Source: Acidimicrobiia bacterium
Lineage (GTDB): Bacteria > Actinomycetota > Acidimicrobiia > Spongiisociales > ZC4RG35
DNA: 64,000 bases
Direction: 5' to 3'
NCBI GenBank assembly: GCA_041746105.1
Contig: JBGTHP010000002.1
Coordinates: 348 to 64,347 of the forward strand
Shown: piece after piece, positions 1 to 9,902 of the stretch
Position numbering within the stretch: position 1 is the first letter of the stretch
Layout: every line of letters begins with the position of its first letter
Program-made: the position numbers and the translations under genes
Notes under the pieces: model-generated
Database searches by the model: none
The model's input: only the letters and a program-made list of their open reading frames with translations
Told to the model about the DNA's origin: nothing

Positions 1-979
1 GTTCGGCGAGTCGATTGCCGTTGCCAGATGGGATGCGGGGGCATGGACGGAACCTGAGCTCGGTCCCACGGCTCCATTCGCCTTTCATCCGGCCACTCAT
101 GTTTTCCACTACGGGAGCGCCTGTTTTGAAGGTCTCAAGGCGCACCTCGGTGACGACGGTCGAGTCAGAGTGTTCAGGTCGGATGCTCACGTTGAACGGA
201 TGCAGAGATCGGCGGAGATCCTCTACTTGCCCGTCCCAACCACGGAGATGCTGAGCGGCATGATCCACTCGGTGGTTTCGGCCAATCTCAGCCAGGTGCC
301 GGCGTCACCTGGTTCGCTGTATCTGCGCCCGACCCTGATCGGGACCGAAGCGAACATTGGCGCCGCTGCCAGTCCGAGCAAACAAGCGTTGCTGTTCGTG
401 CTTGCGAGCCCCGTGGGGGACTATTTCTCCGGCGGTGCCCGCCCACTCAAACTCCTTGTGGAGACCGAACGACCGAGAACAACGCCACAGTTCGGAATGG
501 TCAAGTCCGGGGCCAACTACGTAATGGCCCTGGGACCGACGCTTGCAGCCAAGAAGGAATTCGGGGTCGATCAGGTGCTGTTTGCACCCAACGGCGAGGT
601 GCAGGAGACCGGAGCGTCGAACTTCCTCCTGATCGACTCTGAGCGGGTTGTGACCCCAGAACTGACCGAATCATTTCTTCACGGCGTCACTCGTTCTTCT
701 GTTCTCCAATTGGCCCAAGATCTCGGTTACAAAGTCGAAGAACGCAGGATCACGGCGCAGGAGGTCTTTGACTGGGCGGCCCGGCCCGACGCCGAAGCCG
801 CTTTGTCAGGGACTGCGGCGGTGTTGTCCCCGGTTGGCTCACTGTTTCACGAAGGCGAAGAGATCTCGATCGGAAGCGGCGAGGTCGGCTCGGAGACACT
901 CCGCCTCCGACAGGCATTGACCGATATCCATTTAGGCAGGGTGGAAGACTCTTATGGATGGACCACGCCGATCGACTGA
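1..979 (+). CDS. ilvE: branched-chain amino acid aminotransferase (class IV), 5'-partial
   Basis: Frame-2 translation from the window edge reads FHYGSACFEGLKAH, the BCAT motif. It continues into the listed 269-aa ORF. The N-terminus lies upstream of the window. Confidence 0.8.
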   Translation, partial: FGESIAVARWDAGAWTEPELGPTAPFAFHPATHVFHYGSACFEGLKAHLGDDGRVRVFRSDAHVERMQRSAEILYLPVPTTEMLSGMIHSVVSANLSQVPASPGSLYLRPTLIGTEANIGAAASPSKQALLFVLASPVGDYFSGGARPLKLLVETERPRTTPQFGMVKSGANYVMALGPTLAAKKEFGVDQVLFAPNGEVQETGASNFLLIDSERVVTPELTESFLHGVTRSSVLQLAQDLGYKVEERRITAQEVFDWAARPDAEAALSGTAAVLSPVGSLFHEGEEISIGSGEVGSETLRLRQALTDIHLGRVEDSYGWTTPID

Positions 980-2533
980 TCAGCTTCCGAGGTCGGCGCC
1001 GCGGTCGGTCCGTTTGGTTTTTCTTCTGACGAGTGATGTGACTTCTTCGAGTCCGAACCATGCCGACGTGGCGAGAAAAGCGGTCACGATGGCAGTGCCT
1101 CCGGCGAGAACGCGCACCATCGAAGCAGTCACCGACTCGCCTTCCACGAGGCCGGCCACGACCCAGCCGAAACCTCCGGCGGCGAGGGAAGCGGCAGTGA
1201 GGTTCAGAATCATGCGTAGCTTCGGCAATGGGCCCCCGGCGGCCCGATGCCAGGCGACCGTGATGGCGATCGTGTACCCGAGCATCGACAGTGTCGAGAT
1301 CCACGCAATCGCCTTTCCACCGCCGGACCCAAACGCCCACAGTATGGGGACGGTAACTGCGGTCACCGCGGTGCCAACCAACACGGGGAGCCACATTCGG
1401 CGCATGGCGTAAAACGCCCTGGTGTAGATCTGATGGGCGCCCCACATCGGGATAGACACCGCATAGATGACAAGAAATGAGGCTACGACTCGGGTGTCGG
1501 CGTCGCTGAAGGCCCCTCGCTGATAGGCGAGCCGAACGATGTCCTGTGAAAGAACCAGCACTCCGATCATGGCCAACCCGGAAACGGCGAGTGCGGTCCG
1601 CACCGACCGGTCGACGGTTGTCCGGAAGTTCTCTGTATCCCCTTTTGCCATCAATCCTGCAAGAAACGGATAGGCGGCAACACCGGCCGCCTGGGCGATC
1701 ACGCCGACCGGCAGCATGTTGAGTTGCCTTGCCGCAACCAGTCCTGAGATCGTTCCCGTCTGGCCGAGCTGGCCAAACCATCGTGGCCAGTTCTCATCGA
1801 GCGCTACGACCGACTGCCCGATCATCAGCGGTAGTGCGGTCAGTAAGTACTCGCCCAGCTCGGGGTGTCGGCGGCTGGCACCTCGAAAAAGTGTGAGTCC
1901 CAGCTTTCTGACTCCCCACAACTGGACGCCGAAGTTGCCGACAACCGCACCGGCCAGACCTCCCCACAGAAACCACTCCGGGCCAGGGTTTCCTGTCCAC
2001 CATCCAATCAGACCTCCGCCGATGATTCCGAGGTTGTAGACCAGCGGAGCGATAGTCGGAATCAAAAACCGACGGTGCGCGTACTGGACCGCCATCAACA
2101 GCGTCCCGGCGACGAAGAAGATCTGCGAGCCGAACGCGATCCGCATGAGTGGGGCCAGCTCGTCGGCAGGGAGCCGGGGAAAGACCAACTCGGTCAGGGG
2201 TCGGGCGGCGACGATCATGACAATGGTCAACACCGTCATCGCCCCTGCGACGACCACGAATACCGATGCAAACGCCCTCTGGGCGCCGGCCTCGTCACCA
2301 CCGACGATGTGTCGGGTCAAGATCGGAACCAGCGTGATCGACCAGTACCCACCCGCCATCAGGAAGAAGAGATAGTCGGGGATGGTGAACGCCGCCTGAT
2401 AGAGGTCGTTGCCGGTGTCGAGACCGAGTACGCCGTTGAGCAACACGTTGCGGCCGAGGCCGAGCACTCGCGAAAGTAAAATCCCGAGTGAGACAATCAG
2501 CGCAGCGCGCCCGATTGTCTTTGACTCCGTCAC
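980..2533 (-). CDS. murJ: lipid II flippase MurJ/MviN
   Basis: 517-aa polytopic membrane protein. The N-terminus AALIVSLGILLSRVLGLGRNVLLNGVLG and overall topology are typical of MurJ. Confidence 0.85.
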   Translation of the reverse strand: MTESKTIGRAALIVSLGILLSRVLGLGRNVLLNGVLGLDTGNDLYQAAFTIPDYLFFLMAGGYWSITLVPILTRHIVGGDEAGAQRAFASVFVVVAGAMTVLTIVMIVAARPLTELVFPRLPADELAPLMRIAFGSQIFFVAGTLLMAVQYAHRRFLIPTIAPLVYNLGIIGGGLIGWWTGNPGPEWFLWGGLAGAVVGNFGVQLWGVRKLGLTLFRGASRRHPELGEYLLTALPLMIGQSVVALDENWPRWFGQLGQTGTISGLVAARQLNMLPVGVIAQAAGVAAYPFLAGLMAKGDTENFRTTVDRSVRTALAVSGLAMIGVLVLSQDIVRLAYQRGAFSDADTRVVASFLVIYAVSIPMWGAHQIYTRAFYAMRRMWLPVLVGTAVTAVTVPILWAFGSGGGKAIAWISTLSMLGYTIAITVAWHRAAGGPLPKLRMILNLTAASLAAGGFGWVVAGLVEGESVTASMVRVLAGGTAIVTAFLATSAWFGLEEVTSLVRRKTKRTDRGADLGS

Positions 2534-3378
2534 CCCGGGGCCCGGCTCGATTCCAGGTCGGCCAGGACGCGAGCGGGAACGCCAATGCCGACCCGTCCGG
2601 TTCCGAGCGAAACATCAGGCTTGTAGGTTCCGTGGTAGTCGGACCCGCCGGATGCCAGTAGGCCAAACCGACCTGCCATCGCCTCCAGCCCGCTGCGGCC
2701 GTCGCGCTCGTATGCGCCGTAGTGGCATTCGATGCCGATCAACCCGGCGGCCACGAGACGCTCCAGGAGATCGGCCATCTCGGCGGCATTGTCGACTCCG
2801 AGTGTGTGAGGATGAGCGAGCACCGGGACCGCACCTGATTCGACGGCGAGAGCGATTGCTTCTTCCGGAGCCAAACGCAGCCGTCCGACATATGCCGGCG
2901 CCCCATGGCCGAGGTAGTCGTTGAAGGCCTGTTGGAGGTCCTCTACGTATCCCTTGCGGAGCAAGATGGCGGCTATGTGAGGCCTTCCCACCGAGCCGCC
3001 TCCGGCCTCCTCGAGGACCTCGGACAACTCGATGTCGAGACCCATCCCTTGGAGCCTTTCGACGATCCGGTCGTTGCGGGTGGTGCGCCCGTGCTGCAAT
3101 TCGGCAAGGCGGTTCTGGAGCGGTCCTGCGCCTGGTTCGAGCCACAGGACAACCAGGTGCATCCCGCCCTTGTCCCACTCGAGCGAGATTTCAACCCCTG
3201 GGATCAATCTGATGCCTTCCTGGTCGGCGGCAGCTCGAGCCTCTGGGAGCCCCTCTTGGGTGTCGTGATCGGTCAAGGCGACAACAGACAAATTCGCCTT
3301 TCCGGCGAGGCGCATCAGTTCGGAAGGGGTATCGGAGCCATCGGAGGCGGTTGAGTGGGTATGAAGGTCGATTGACAT
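2530..3378 (-). CDS. PHP-domain metal-dependent phosphoesterase (TrpH/YciV-like)
   Basis: N-terminal IDLHTHSTASDGS motif and HPH... histidine clusters of the PHP domain. 4-bp overlap with the murJ start. Confidence 0.7.
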   Translation of the reverse strand: MSIDLHTHSTASDGSDTPSELMRLAGKANLSVVALTDHDTQEGLPEARAAADQEGIRLIPGVEISLEWDKGGMHLVVLWLEPGAGPLQNRLAELQHGRTTRNDRIVERLQGMGLDIELSEVLEEAGGGSVGRPHIAAILLRKGYVEDLQQAFNDYLGHGAPAYVGRLRLAPEEAIALAVESGAVPVLAHPHTLGVDNAAEMADLLERLVAAGLIGIECHYGAYERDGRSGLEAMAGRFGLLASGGSDYHGTYKPDVSLGTGRVGIGVPARVLADLESSRAPG

Positions 3379-3423
3379 GCGATCGAGAGGCTACCGATGA
3401 CGAGGGTCAGAAAACGCCAACCG

Positions 3424-4206
3424 CTAACCGACCGCGATCGAGATGGTTTCGATATACACCGTCTCCAAAGGGCGGCTGCGTTCGCTCCGTCCTGGTGGAG
3501 TCTCTGTCGGGAGGGCGCTGATGGCGTCGAGAGCGTCCAAACCGGCGCTCACAGTCCCGATCACCGTGAAGGAGTTTGGCAATCCGGATGCGTCGGGACC
3601 ATTGACGATGAAAAACTGGCTTCCTGTTGTGCCTCGGCCGGCGTTGGCCATTGCCACCACCCCTCGCTGGTACACGAACCCTGCCTCCGGGAACTCGTCC
3701 GGCAGGGAGTATCCGGGGTCACCAAAACCGGTGGCGAGCGGGTCGCCTCCTTGGATCATGAAGCCGGGCACTACACGATGAAAGACGGTCCCGTTGTAGA
3801 AACCCTCGCGAGCAAGGAACACAAATGAGTTGACCGTCTCCGGCGCCCCTGACGGGTCCAGTGTGATCGAGATGTCGCCACAGGATGTGGTGAGAACGGC
3901 CGTGACCGGCGTAGCGGGGTCGAGGTTTTGATCCTCTGGCTCAGAAAAACTCTGGGGAACCGGTTCTGCAGGAAGGGCTGCGCCACAGGCAGTGGGTTGA
4001 TCTCGGTAGGCCTGATACTCGGTCGATAGGTCTGAGTTCTCACCACCGACGGTGGCCGTGATCAGAAGGACAATCGCTACCGCCGCACCGACGCCAAGCG
4101 CAGTCCAGATCCTTTTCAGGGTTTCCTTCCTGGCTTGAGCCTTGGCCCTCGCCTGCTGCTGTGCGGTCCTTGCTTCTTTCTGGCGGTTGCGTTTTTCCGA
4201 TGTCAT
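3424..4206 (-). CDS. peptidyl-prolyl cis-trans isomerase, cyclophilin type, with N-terminal TM anchor
   Basis: FHRVVPGFMIQGGDP and GSQFFIV cyclophilin motifs. The likely start is MTSEKRN, internal to the listed ORF. Lys/Ala-rich N-terminus followed by a TM helix. Confidence 0.8.
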   Translation of the reverse strand: MTSEKRNRQKEARTAQQQARAKAQARKETLKRIWTALGVGAAVAIVLLITATVGGENSDLSTEYQAYRDQPTACGAALPAEPVPQSFSEPEDQNLDPATPVTAVLTTSCGDISITLDPSGAPETVNSFVFLAREGFYNGTVFHRVVPGFMIQGGDPLATGFGDPGYSLPDEFPEAGFVYQRGVVAMANAGRGTTGSQFFIVNGPDASGLPNSFTVIGTVSAGLDALDAISALPTETPPGRSERSRPLETVYIETISIAVG

Positions 4207-4314
4207 CGGGCGAGGATGGTAGAGGTGGCAGAAGCGTTTTGAACCGTGACAGCGCGCGAGCTCGGAGGAAGCCCACCCGGGTAGACTTGTTTTGTTCCCC
4301 ACCTAGGTCAGATA

Positions 4315-5547
4315 GTGGCCCTCGTCGTGCAGAAATACGGCGGCACCTCGGTCGGCAGCCCAGAGCGGATCGCTCGGGTCGCCGACAGGGTTGTCACCAC
4401 CAAAAAGTCGGGAAATGACGTTGTTGTCGTCGTCTCGGCGATGGGTCACACAACCGATGAGTTGATCGAGCTGGCTGCGGCTGTGTCGACTTCGCCGCCC
4501 GCCAGAGAGATGGACATGTTGTTGACGGCCGGTGAGCGGATCTCGATGGCACTCGTGGCCATGGCCATCATCGACCGGGGCGCGGACGCGGTGAGCTTCA
4601 CCGGATCCCAGGCTGGGATCTTGACCGAGGGTGAACACGGCTCGGCCAAGATCGCCGAGATCAGAGGCCATAGGGTGCGTGACTCGTTGAACGACGGGAA
4701 AGTGGTGATCGTCGCCGGCTTTCAGGGGGTCGACCCTGTGACAAAGGAGATAACCACAATCGGCCGCGGCGGTTCCGACGCGACCGCGGTTGCCCTGGCC
4801 GCCGCGTTGGGCGCCGACGTTTGTGAGATCTTCACCGACGTCGACGGCGTTTACACCGCAGATCCCCGAATGGTGCCTGGCGCCCGCAAACTCGATGAGA
4901 TCAGCTTCGAAGAGATGCTCGAGTTGTCTGCTTCCGGAGCCGGTGTGTTGATGAGCCGATCGGTTGAGGTCGGTCGGCGTTTCAACATTCCCATTCACGT
5001 TCGATCTTCGTTCAATGACAGCCAGGGGACCTGGGTGAAGGAGACCACAATGGAACAGGCCATCATCAGTGGAATTGCGCACGACACCTCGGAGGCGAAG
5101 GTGACTGTGCGCGGTGTTCCCGACCACCCCGGAGTGGCGGCTTCCCTGTTCGAGCCGATGGCCGATCAAGGAATCAACGTGGACATGATCGTCCAAAACG
5201 TCTCGCATGACGGTTCCACGGACATCAGCTTCACCGTCCCGATGTCCTCGATCGAAGCGGCGCGCACCATCGCGGGCGAGGTGGCTTCGAGAGTTGGCGC
5301 TCTCGGCGTGGAGGTCGACACGGCCATCGGCAAGGTTTCGCTGGTTGGTGCCGGCATGAAGTCCCACCCCGGCGTAGCCGCCAAGGTGTTCAGGGTCATG
5401 GCCGACGCATCCATCAACATCGAAATGATTTCCACCTCGACAATTCGGATTTCCTGCGTGGTCGCCAGCGAGGACGTGCAAGCTGCGGTAAAGGCCTTGC
5501 ATGATGCTTTCGAACCACCGATGATCTCCGAGGAGGAGGGCGCATGA
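4315..5547 (+). CDS. lysC: aspartate kinase
   Basis: [11 protein letters not shown] amino-acid-kinase N-terminus and two C-terminal ACT-like repeats. GTG start. Overlaps asd by 4 bp. Confidence 0.9.
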   Translation: MALVVQKYGGTSVGSPERIARVADRVVTTKKSGNDVVVVVSAMGHTTDELIELAAAVSTSPPAREMDMLLTAGERISMALVAMAIIDRGADAVSFTGSQAGILTEGEHGSAKIAEIRGHRVRDSLNDGKVVIVAGFQGVDPVTKEITTIGRGGSDATAVALAAALGADVCEIFTDVDGVYTADPRMVPGARKLDEISFEEMLELSASGAGVLMSRSVEVGRRFNIPIHVRSSFNDSQGTWVKETTMEQAIISGIAHDTSEAKVTVRGVPDHPGVAASLFEPMADQGINVDMIVQNVSHDGSTDISFTVPMSSIEAARTIAGEVASRVGALGVEVDTAIGKVSLVGAGMKSHPGVAAKVFRVMADASINIEMISTSTIRISCVVASEDVQAAVKALHDAFEPPMISEEEGA

Positions 5548-6566
5548 AAACTGCGATCATTGGAGCGACCGGTGCAGTCGGGCGCACGATGCTCGACATC
5601 CTGGTCGAGCGGGATTTTCCCGTCTCGCGGCTTCGACTTCTCGCATCGGAGAGATCGGCTGGAAACACGGTCGCCACTTCATGGGGTGAAATCGTGGTCG
5701 AGGATTTGGCCACGGCCGACCCTGCCGGTATCGACATCGCCCTTTTTTCCGCAGGCGGTGATCGTTCTCGTCAGTTCGCACCGTCGTTCGCAGCGGCCGG
5801 CGCGGTCGTCGTCGACAACTCGTCGGCTTTCCGCATGGACACCGAGGTGCCGCTGGTGGTCGCCCAAGTCAACGACCACGCCGTCAAAGCTCGACGACGC
5901 GGGATAGTCGCAAACCCGAACTGCACGACGATGGATCTGATGATGGCGGTGGGCCCCCTCCATCAAGCCGCCGAACTGACTTCGATGGTCGCCACCTCAT
6001 ACCAATCCGTTTCTGGCTCCGGCATGCGCGGAATGGAGGAGCTCTTGCGTCAGACCGACCTTTTGCGATCCAACCCCGAAGCGCTACAGAACGGAAGTTG
6101 GGAAGATCCCGGAGCAGGTCTCTACGCAAGACCCATTGGGTTCAACGTGATTCCATTTGCGGGGTCCGAATCCGAGCACGGGTATACAGACGAAGAGTGG
6201 AAGCTCGTGAATGAGACTCGAAAGATCCTGGAAGCGCCTGGGATCGCCGTTGAACCAACTTGTGTCAGGGTCCCTGTAATGGTCGGGCACGGCATCGCCG
6301 CCACGCTCCGATTTGCTCGTCCCATGTCGGCCGAGGAGGCGATGGGGCTACTGGCGGCCGCACCGGGCGTCCAGCTCTGGACCGATCGAGTCCCCACCCC
6401 GCTCGACAGTGCCGGAGTCAACGACGTACTCGTCGGCCGCGTCAGGAAGACGGTTGGGGATCCCGGTGGGATCAATCTGTGGGTTGTTGGAGACAACCTC
6501 CGCAAGGGGGCTGCACTCAACGCGGTCCAGATCGCCGAGCTGGTGGCAGCCGAAATCGCCGGCTGA
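5544..6566 (+). CDS. asd: aspartate-semialdehyde dehydrogenase
   Basis: [13 protein letters not shown] Rossmann N-terminus with the catalytic Cys context NPNCTT. Classic ask-asd operon. Confidence 0.9.
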   Translation: MKTAIIGATGAVGRTMLDILVERDFPVSRLRLLASERSAGNTVATSWGEIVVEDLATADPAGIDIALFSAGGDRSRQFAPSFAAAGAVVVDNSSAFRMDTEVPLVVAQVNDHAVKARRRGIVANPNCTTMDLMMAVGPLHQAAELTSMVATSYQSVSGSGMRGMEELLRQTDLLRSNPEALQNGSWEDPGAGLYARPIGFNVIPFAGSESEHGYTDEEWKLVNETRKILEAPGIAVEPTCVRVPVMVGHGIAATLRFARPMSAEEAMGLLAAAPGVQLWTDRVPTPLDSAGVNDVLVGRVRKTVGDPGGINLWVVGDNLRKGAALNAVQIAELVAAEIAG

Positions 6567-6672
6567 GCCCAGCCGAAATCGGCGGCTGAGCCGAGCCCAG
6601 CCGAAATCGCCGGCTGATTCCAGCCGAAATCGGCGGCTGAGCCCAGCCGAAATCGCCGGCCAGCCGAGGCCC
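6548..6672. repeat. tandem hairpin-repeat array: 5 copies of the 19-nt unit AGCCGAAATCG[C/G]CGGCTGA, period 23-28 bp
   Basis: Copies at 6548-6566, 6571-6589, 6599-6617, 6622-6640 and 6645-6660 (truncated). Each unit forms a CAGCCG/CGGCTG stem. Copy 1 encodes the asd C-terminus and its stop codon. Confidence 0.75.
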
Positions 6673-6717
6673 GGGCGGGGTCGACAAGCAAGGGTGCGCT
6701 GGTACCTTGTCTGAGCC

Positions 6718-8319
6718 ATGAAGCGATGGGGGATCCTCTTACTGGTGTTGGTCACGGTTGTGGCCGGCGGTGTACCGGCGCTGGCGGAGCTACCTCCAGG
6801 GGGAACATTCCTCGACGATGACGGTTCGCCTCACGAACCGGACATCGAGGCAATTGCTGCGGCCGGGATAACCAATGGCTGCGCTACCGCCCTGTTCTGC
6901 CCGAACGCTCCCGTGACCAGGGCCCAGATGGCGCGGTTTCTCAACGTGGGACTCGACCTTCCGGCAACCGGCACGTCCCCTTTCACCGATTCTGCCGGGC
7001 CATTCTTCGACGACATCAACCGGCTCGCCGCAGCCGGGATCACAGACGGGTGCGCTCCCGGGCTTTTTTGTCCAGAGGCCCTGATCACCAGAGCACAGAT
7101 GGCGAGGTTCCTGGTGCGTGCTCTCGATCTCCCTCCGACCACCACCTCACCCTTCACCGATTCTGCGGGAGACTTTTTCGACGACATCAACCGCCTCGCC
7201 GCCGCCGGTGTCACCTTGGGTTGTGCTGCGACCCTCTACTGCCCCCACGGTGCCGTGACGCGGGCCCAGATGGCTACTTTCCTTACGAGGGGGTTGGGGC
7301 TCACCCCGATCGTCCCTCCCGAGAGGATCTATCCGCCCGCGGGCAATCCGTCGGGAACGGCATTCGTTCCGCCTGAGGCGGCCGCCGTCGCGACCACCAA
7401 CCCCGACATCGTGATCGGTGATGGCACCCCTGGGCCGTGTACGTCTGCGGCCGTCGTCGCTGCCGTTGCCAAGGGCGGAATCATCACGTTCAACTGTGGA
7501 CCCGATCCGATCACCATCGAGATGACCGCCACTGCCAAGGTGTTCAACAACACCGGCCCTCAGATCGTCCTCGACGGTGGCGGCCTCGTGACGTTGAGCG
7601 GGATGAACCAGCGGCGCGTTCTGTACATGAACACCTGTGACCCCCTTCAGGTGTGGACGACGTCCCACTGCAACGATCAGGACCACCCACAGCTGACGGT
7701 GCAGAACCTGACCTTCGTCAACGGCAACATCGGTGGAATCGATCTCGTCGCGGGCGGCGGCGCCATCTTTGTGCGTGGGGGTCGATTCAAGGCCGTGAAC
7801 ACTCGCTTCTTCGACAATCAGTGTGCGGCCACCGGCCCCGATGTCGGAGGCGCGGCGATCCGCGTCTTCGACCAATACCTTGACTTGCCGGTGTACATCG
7901 TGAACTCGACGTTCGGGACAATCGGGCATGGAAACGTCTGTTCCAACGGAGGCGCCCTCAGCTCGATCGGCGTGTCGTGGACGATCCTCAACAGTTGGTT
8001 CTCAGGAAACGAGGCAGTCGGCTACGGCGCCAACCCGGCCAAGGCGGGAACACCAGGCGGCGGAAACGGTGGGGCGATCGCTCTCGACGGGAACACTTTC
8101 ACGCTGATCCTGCGCGGGAGTCGGATCGAGAACAATCATGCCAACGAAGGCGGTGGAGCTGTCTTTTTCGTCAGTAACGATCTGACCGGTCATCTTGTGA
8201 TCGAGGACTCGGTCTTGGTCGGCAATCCGAGTGATACATTCGAGACTGCCGGTTTTCCCGGGATCTTCTATCTGGGGAACGGACCGATCCAGGTTTCGAA
8301 CTCGGTCATCACCGACTGA
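6718..8319 (+). CDS. secreted protein with three SLH-like repeats and a C-terminal parallel beta-helix domain
   Basis: Signal peptide present. Three ~58-aa repeats (FTDSAG.FFDDINRLAAAGIT.GC....CP...TRAQMA.FL.R.L.L) match the S-layer-homology pattern. Gly/Asn-rich beta-helix-like C-terminal half. Confidence 0.55.
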   Translation: MKRWGILLLVLVTVVAGGVPALAELPPGGTFLDDDGSPHEPDIEAIAAAGITNGCATALFCPNAPVTRAQMARFLNVGLDLPATGTSPFTDSAGPFFDDINRLAAAGITDGCAPGLFCPEALITRAQMARFLVRALDLPPTTTSPFTDSAGDFFDDINRLAAAGVTLGCAATLYCPHGAVTRAQMATFLTRGLGLTPIVPPERIYPPAGNPSGTAFVPPEAAAVATTNPDIVIGDGTPGPCTSAAVVAAVAKGGIITFNCGPDPITIEMTATAKVFNNTGPQIVLDGGGLVTLSGMNQRRVLYMNTCDPLQVWTTSHCNDQDHPQLTVQNLTFVNGNIGGIDLVAGGGAIFVRGGRFKAVNTRFFDNQCAATGPDVGGAAIRVFDQYLDLPVYIVNSTFGTIGHGNVCSNGGALSSIGVSWTILNSWFSGNEAVGYGANPAKAGTPGGGNGGAIALDGNTFTLILRGSRIENNHANEGGGAVFFVSNDLTGHLVIEDSVLVGNPSDTFETAGFPGIFYLGNGPIQVSNSVITD

Positions 8320-8344
8320 AAGCGGCCGCTGCCAAGATGAAGCG

Positions 8345-9076
8345 ATGACAAAACGGTTGTCCGACTTCGATGTTCTCACATTTGATTGTTACGGCACCCT
8401 GATCGATTGGGAAACCGGGATGTGGGATGCCTATCAGGAATTGTTGATGGCGAACCGCCGCACCGACATCGATCGGAGCACGATGTTGAGAGCGCACGCC
8501 AAACACGAATCCCTGCTCCAGGCGGCGCAGCCGCGAACGTTATATCCAGAGATACTGGCGGAGACTCATCGCAGGGTGGCAGCAGGGTTCGGGTTGGAGA
8601 CCCAGGCGGGTCTGGACGGGGCATTTGGTGGCTCTGTCCCCAACTGGCCCGCCTTCCACGACACCGCCGATGCCTTGCGCCGTCTCCAGCGCCATTTCAA
8701 GCTGGTGATCCTTTCCAATGTCGATCGCACCTCTTTTGCCGGATCGAACAGAAAGCTGGGTGTTGATTTTGATGCTGTCTACACGGCAGAAGAGATTGGC
8801 TCGTACAAGCCTGCGAGCCACAACTTCGAGTATCTCCTGACCCATCTGGCAGATGAGTTCGCGATCGAGTCTGCACGGATTCTCCACACTGCCCAGAGCC
8901 TATTCCACGACCATGTGCCTGCTTCCGAGATCGGTCTTGCGACGGCGTGGATTGACCGGCAGCATCTCTCCGATGGGGGCGATTGGGGAGCTACGGCACT
9001 GGTCCCCGAGAGGCCGCAGACCGATTTTCTCTATTTCACGCTGGCCGAGATGGCCGCCGCCGCCGACGGGGGCTGA
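8345..9076 (+). CDS. haloacid dehalogenase type II / HAD-superfamily hydrolase
   Basis: DVLTFDCYGTLIDWE motif I of the HAD family, and a SYKP motif. Start is internal to the listed 8231 ORF. Confidence 0.7.
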   Translation: MTKRLSDFDVLTFDCYGTLIDWETGMWDAYQELLMANRRTDIDRSTMLRAHAKHESLLQAAQPRTLYPEILAETHRRVAAGFGLETQAGLDGAFGGSVPNWPAFHDTADALRRLQRHFKLVILSNVDRTSFAGSNRKLGVDFDAVYTAEEIGSYKPASHNFEYLLTHLADEFAIESARILHTAQSLFHDHVPASEIGLATAWIDRQHLSDGGDWGATALVPERPQTDFLYFTLAEMAAAADGG

Positions 9077-9119
9077 ACCAGGGACGCCTTGGGTGGGTCA
9101 TGGTGAGACCCATGGTCCA

Positions 9120-9203
9120 TCCCTGCTATCAAAAATAGTTGACATAAAGTACAGAATTCTTTACCTTGTCCGATATAAAACTTTTTGGACAGGAGGATGA
9201 AGA
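9120..9203 (+). promoter_or_regulatory. AT-rich promoter island with TTGACA -35-like box and strong SD (GGAGGATGAAGAATG)
   Basis: A local AT-rich stretch in an otherwise ~68% GC region, immediately upstream of the DUF2178/XRE pair. TTGACATAAAG at 9143. Confidence 0.35.
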
Positions 9204-9623
9204 ATGTCGTTCCAGGAGAAGAGCGCGATCACCATGACGGCGATCCTGGTGACCGTCTATGGGGTCTACTTTGCGATTGTGGGCTCGTGGTTGGGAACCA
9301 GCCCCGTGGATGAGATCCCGTATCAACCGTTGATGGTGGCAGTGGTCGTCCCGCTCACGATTCTTGCAATTGTCAGTCACATCGTCCTGGCGCTGGTGGA
9401 CCGAAAAGGGGCGAACGCCAACGACGAGAGAGACCGACTGATCTCGCTTCGAAGTGAGCGGGTAGGGGGCTATGTCCTGGCGGTCGGAGTGTTCGCAGGG
9501 CTGGTCCTGGCCATGACAGAGCAACCCGGCTTCTTTGTCGCCAACGCCCTCATGCTGTTCTGGGTTTTGGCGGAGGTCGTCGACGGAGTCTTCAAGATCT
9601 ATCTGTACCGGCGAGGAGCCTGA
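9204..9623 (+). CDS. small integral membrane protein (DUF2178-like)
   Basis: 139 aa with 3-4 TM helices. Lies immediately upstream of, and likely co-transcribed with, an XRE HTH protein, a commonly seen gene pair. Confidence 0.5.
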   Translation: MSFQEKSAITMTAILVTVYGVYFAIVGSWLGTSPVDEIPYQPLMVAVVVPLTILAIVSHIVLALVDRKGANANDERDRLISLRSERVGGYVLAVGVFAGLVLAMTEQPGFFVANALMLFWVLAEVVDGVFKIYLYRRGA

Positions 9624-9626
9624 GCG

Positions 9627-9842
9627 GTGGTCAAGCCGACCCGCGTCACGAATCACATCCGGGCGCTTCGCTTCGCAACAAGCGAGATGACCCAGGGCGA
9701 ACTGGCCGATCTGATCGGGGTGACCCGCCAAACGATCAACGCCATCGAACAGGGCAAATACTCGCCGTCATTGGAGGCTGCCTTTCAGATAGCAAGAGTC
9801 TTCAAGGTGCCGCTCGAGGCCGTGTTCGAGTACCCGACCTGA
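9627..9842 (+). CDS. XRE-family helix-turn-helix transcriptional regulator (YozG-like)
   Basis: 71 aa. [27 protein letters not shown] is a classic Cro/C1 HTH. Confidence 0.75.
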   Translation: MVKPTRVTNHIRALRFATSEMTQGELADLIGVTRQTINAIEQGKYSPSLEAAFQIARVFKVPLEAVFEYPT

Positions 9843-9902
9843 AATGGAGTGCTCCGGGGTGGGCGAGTCAGCCCGATCGGTCCCGCGTTCAAGCTTTGCG
9901 AA

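Noticed and set aside
750-1781. Long antisense/overlapping ORFs (e.g. 750-1781 -, 4303-5502 -, 12691-13512 -, 35908-37173 -, 59849-61576 +, 63158-63988 +)
   Set aside because: Arg/Pro/Gly-rich translations typical of out-of-frame reading of ~68% GC DNA. Each overlaps a well-supported gene on the other strand or frame.
6548-6672. Possible CRISPR array
   Set aside because: The repeat unit is only 19 nt and the spacers are 4-9 nt and non-unique. Period is ~23 bp. There are no cas genes. The first repeat is simply the asd 3' end.
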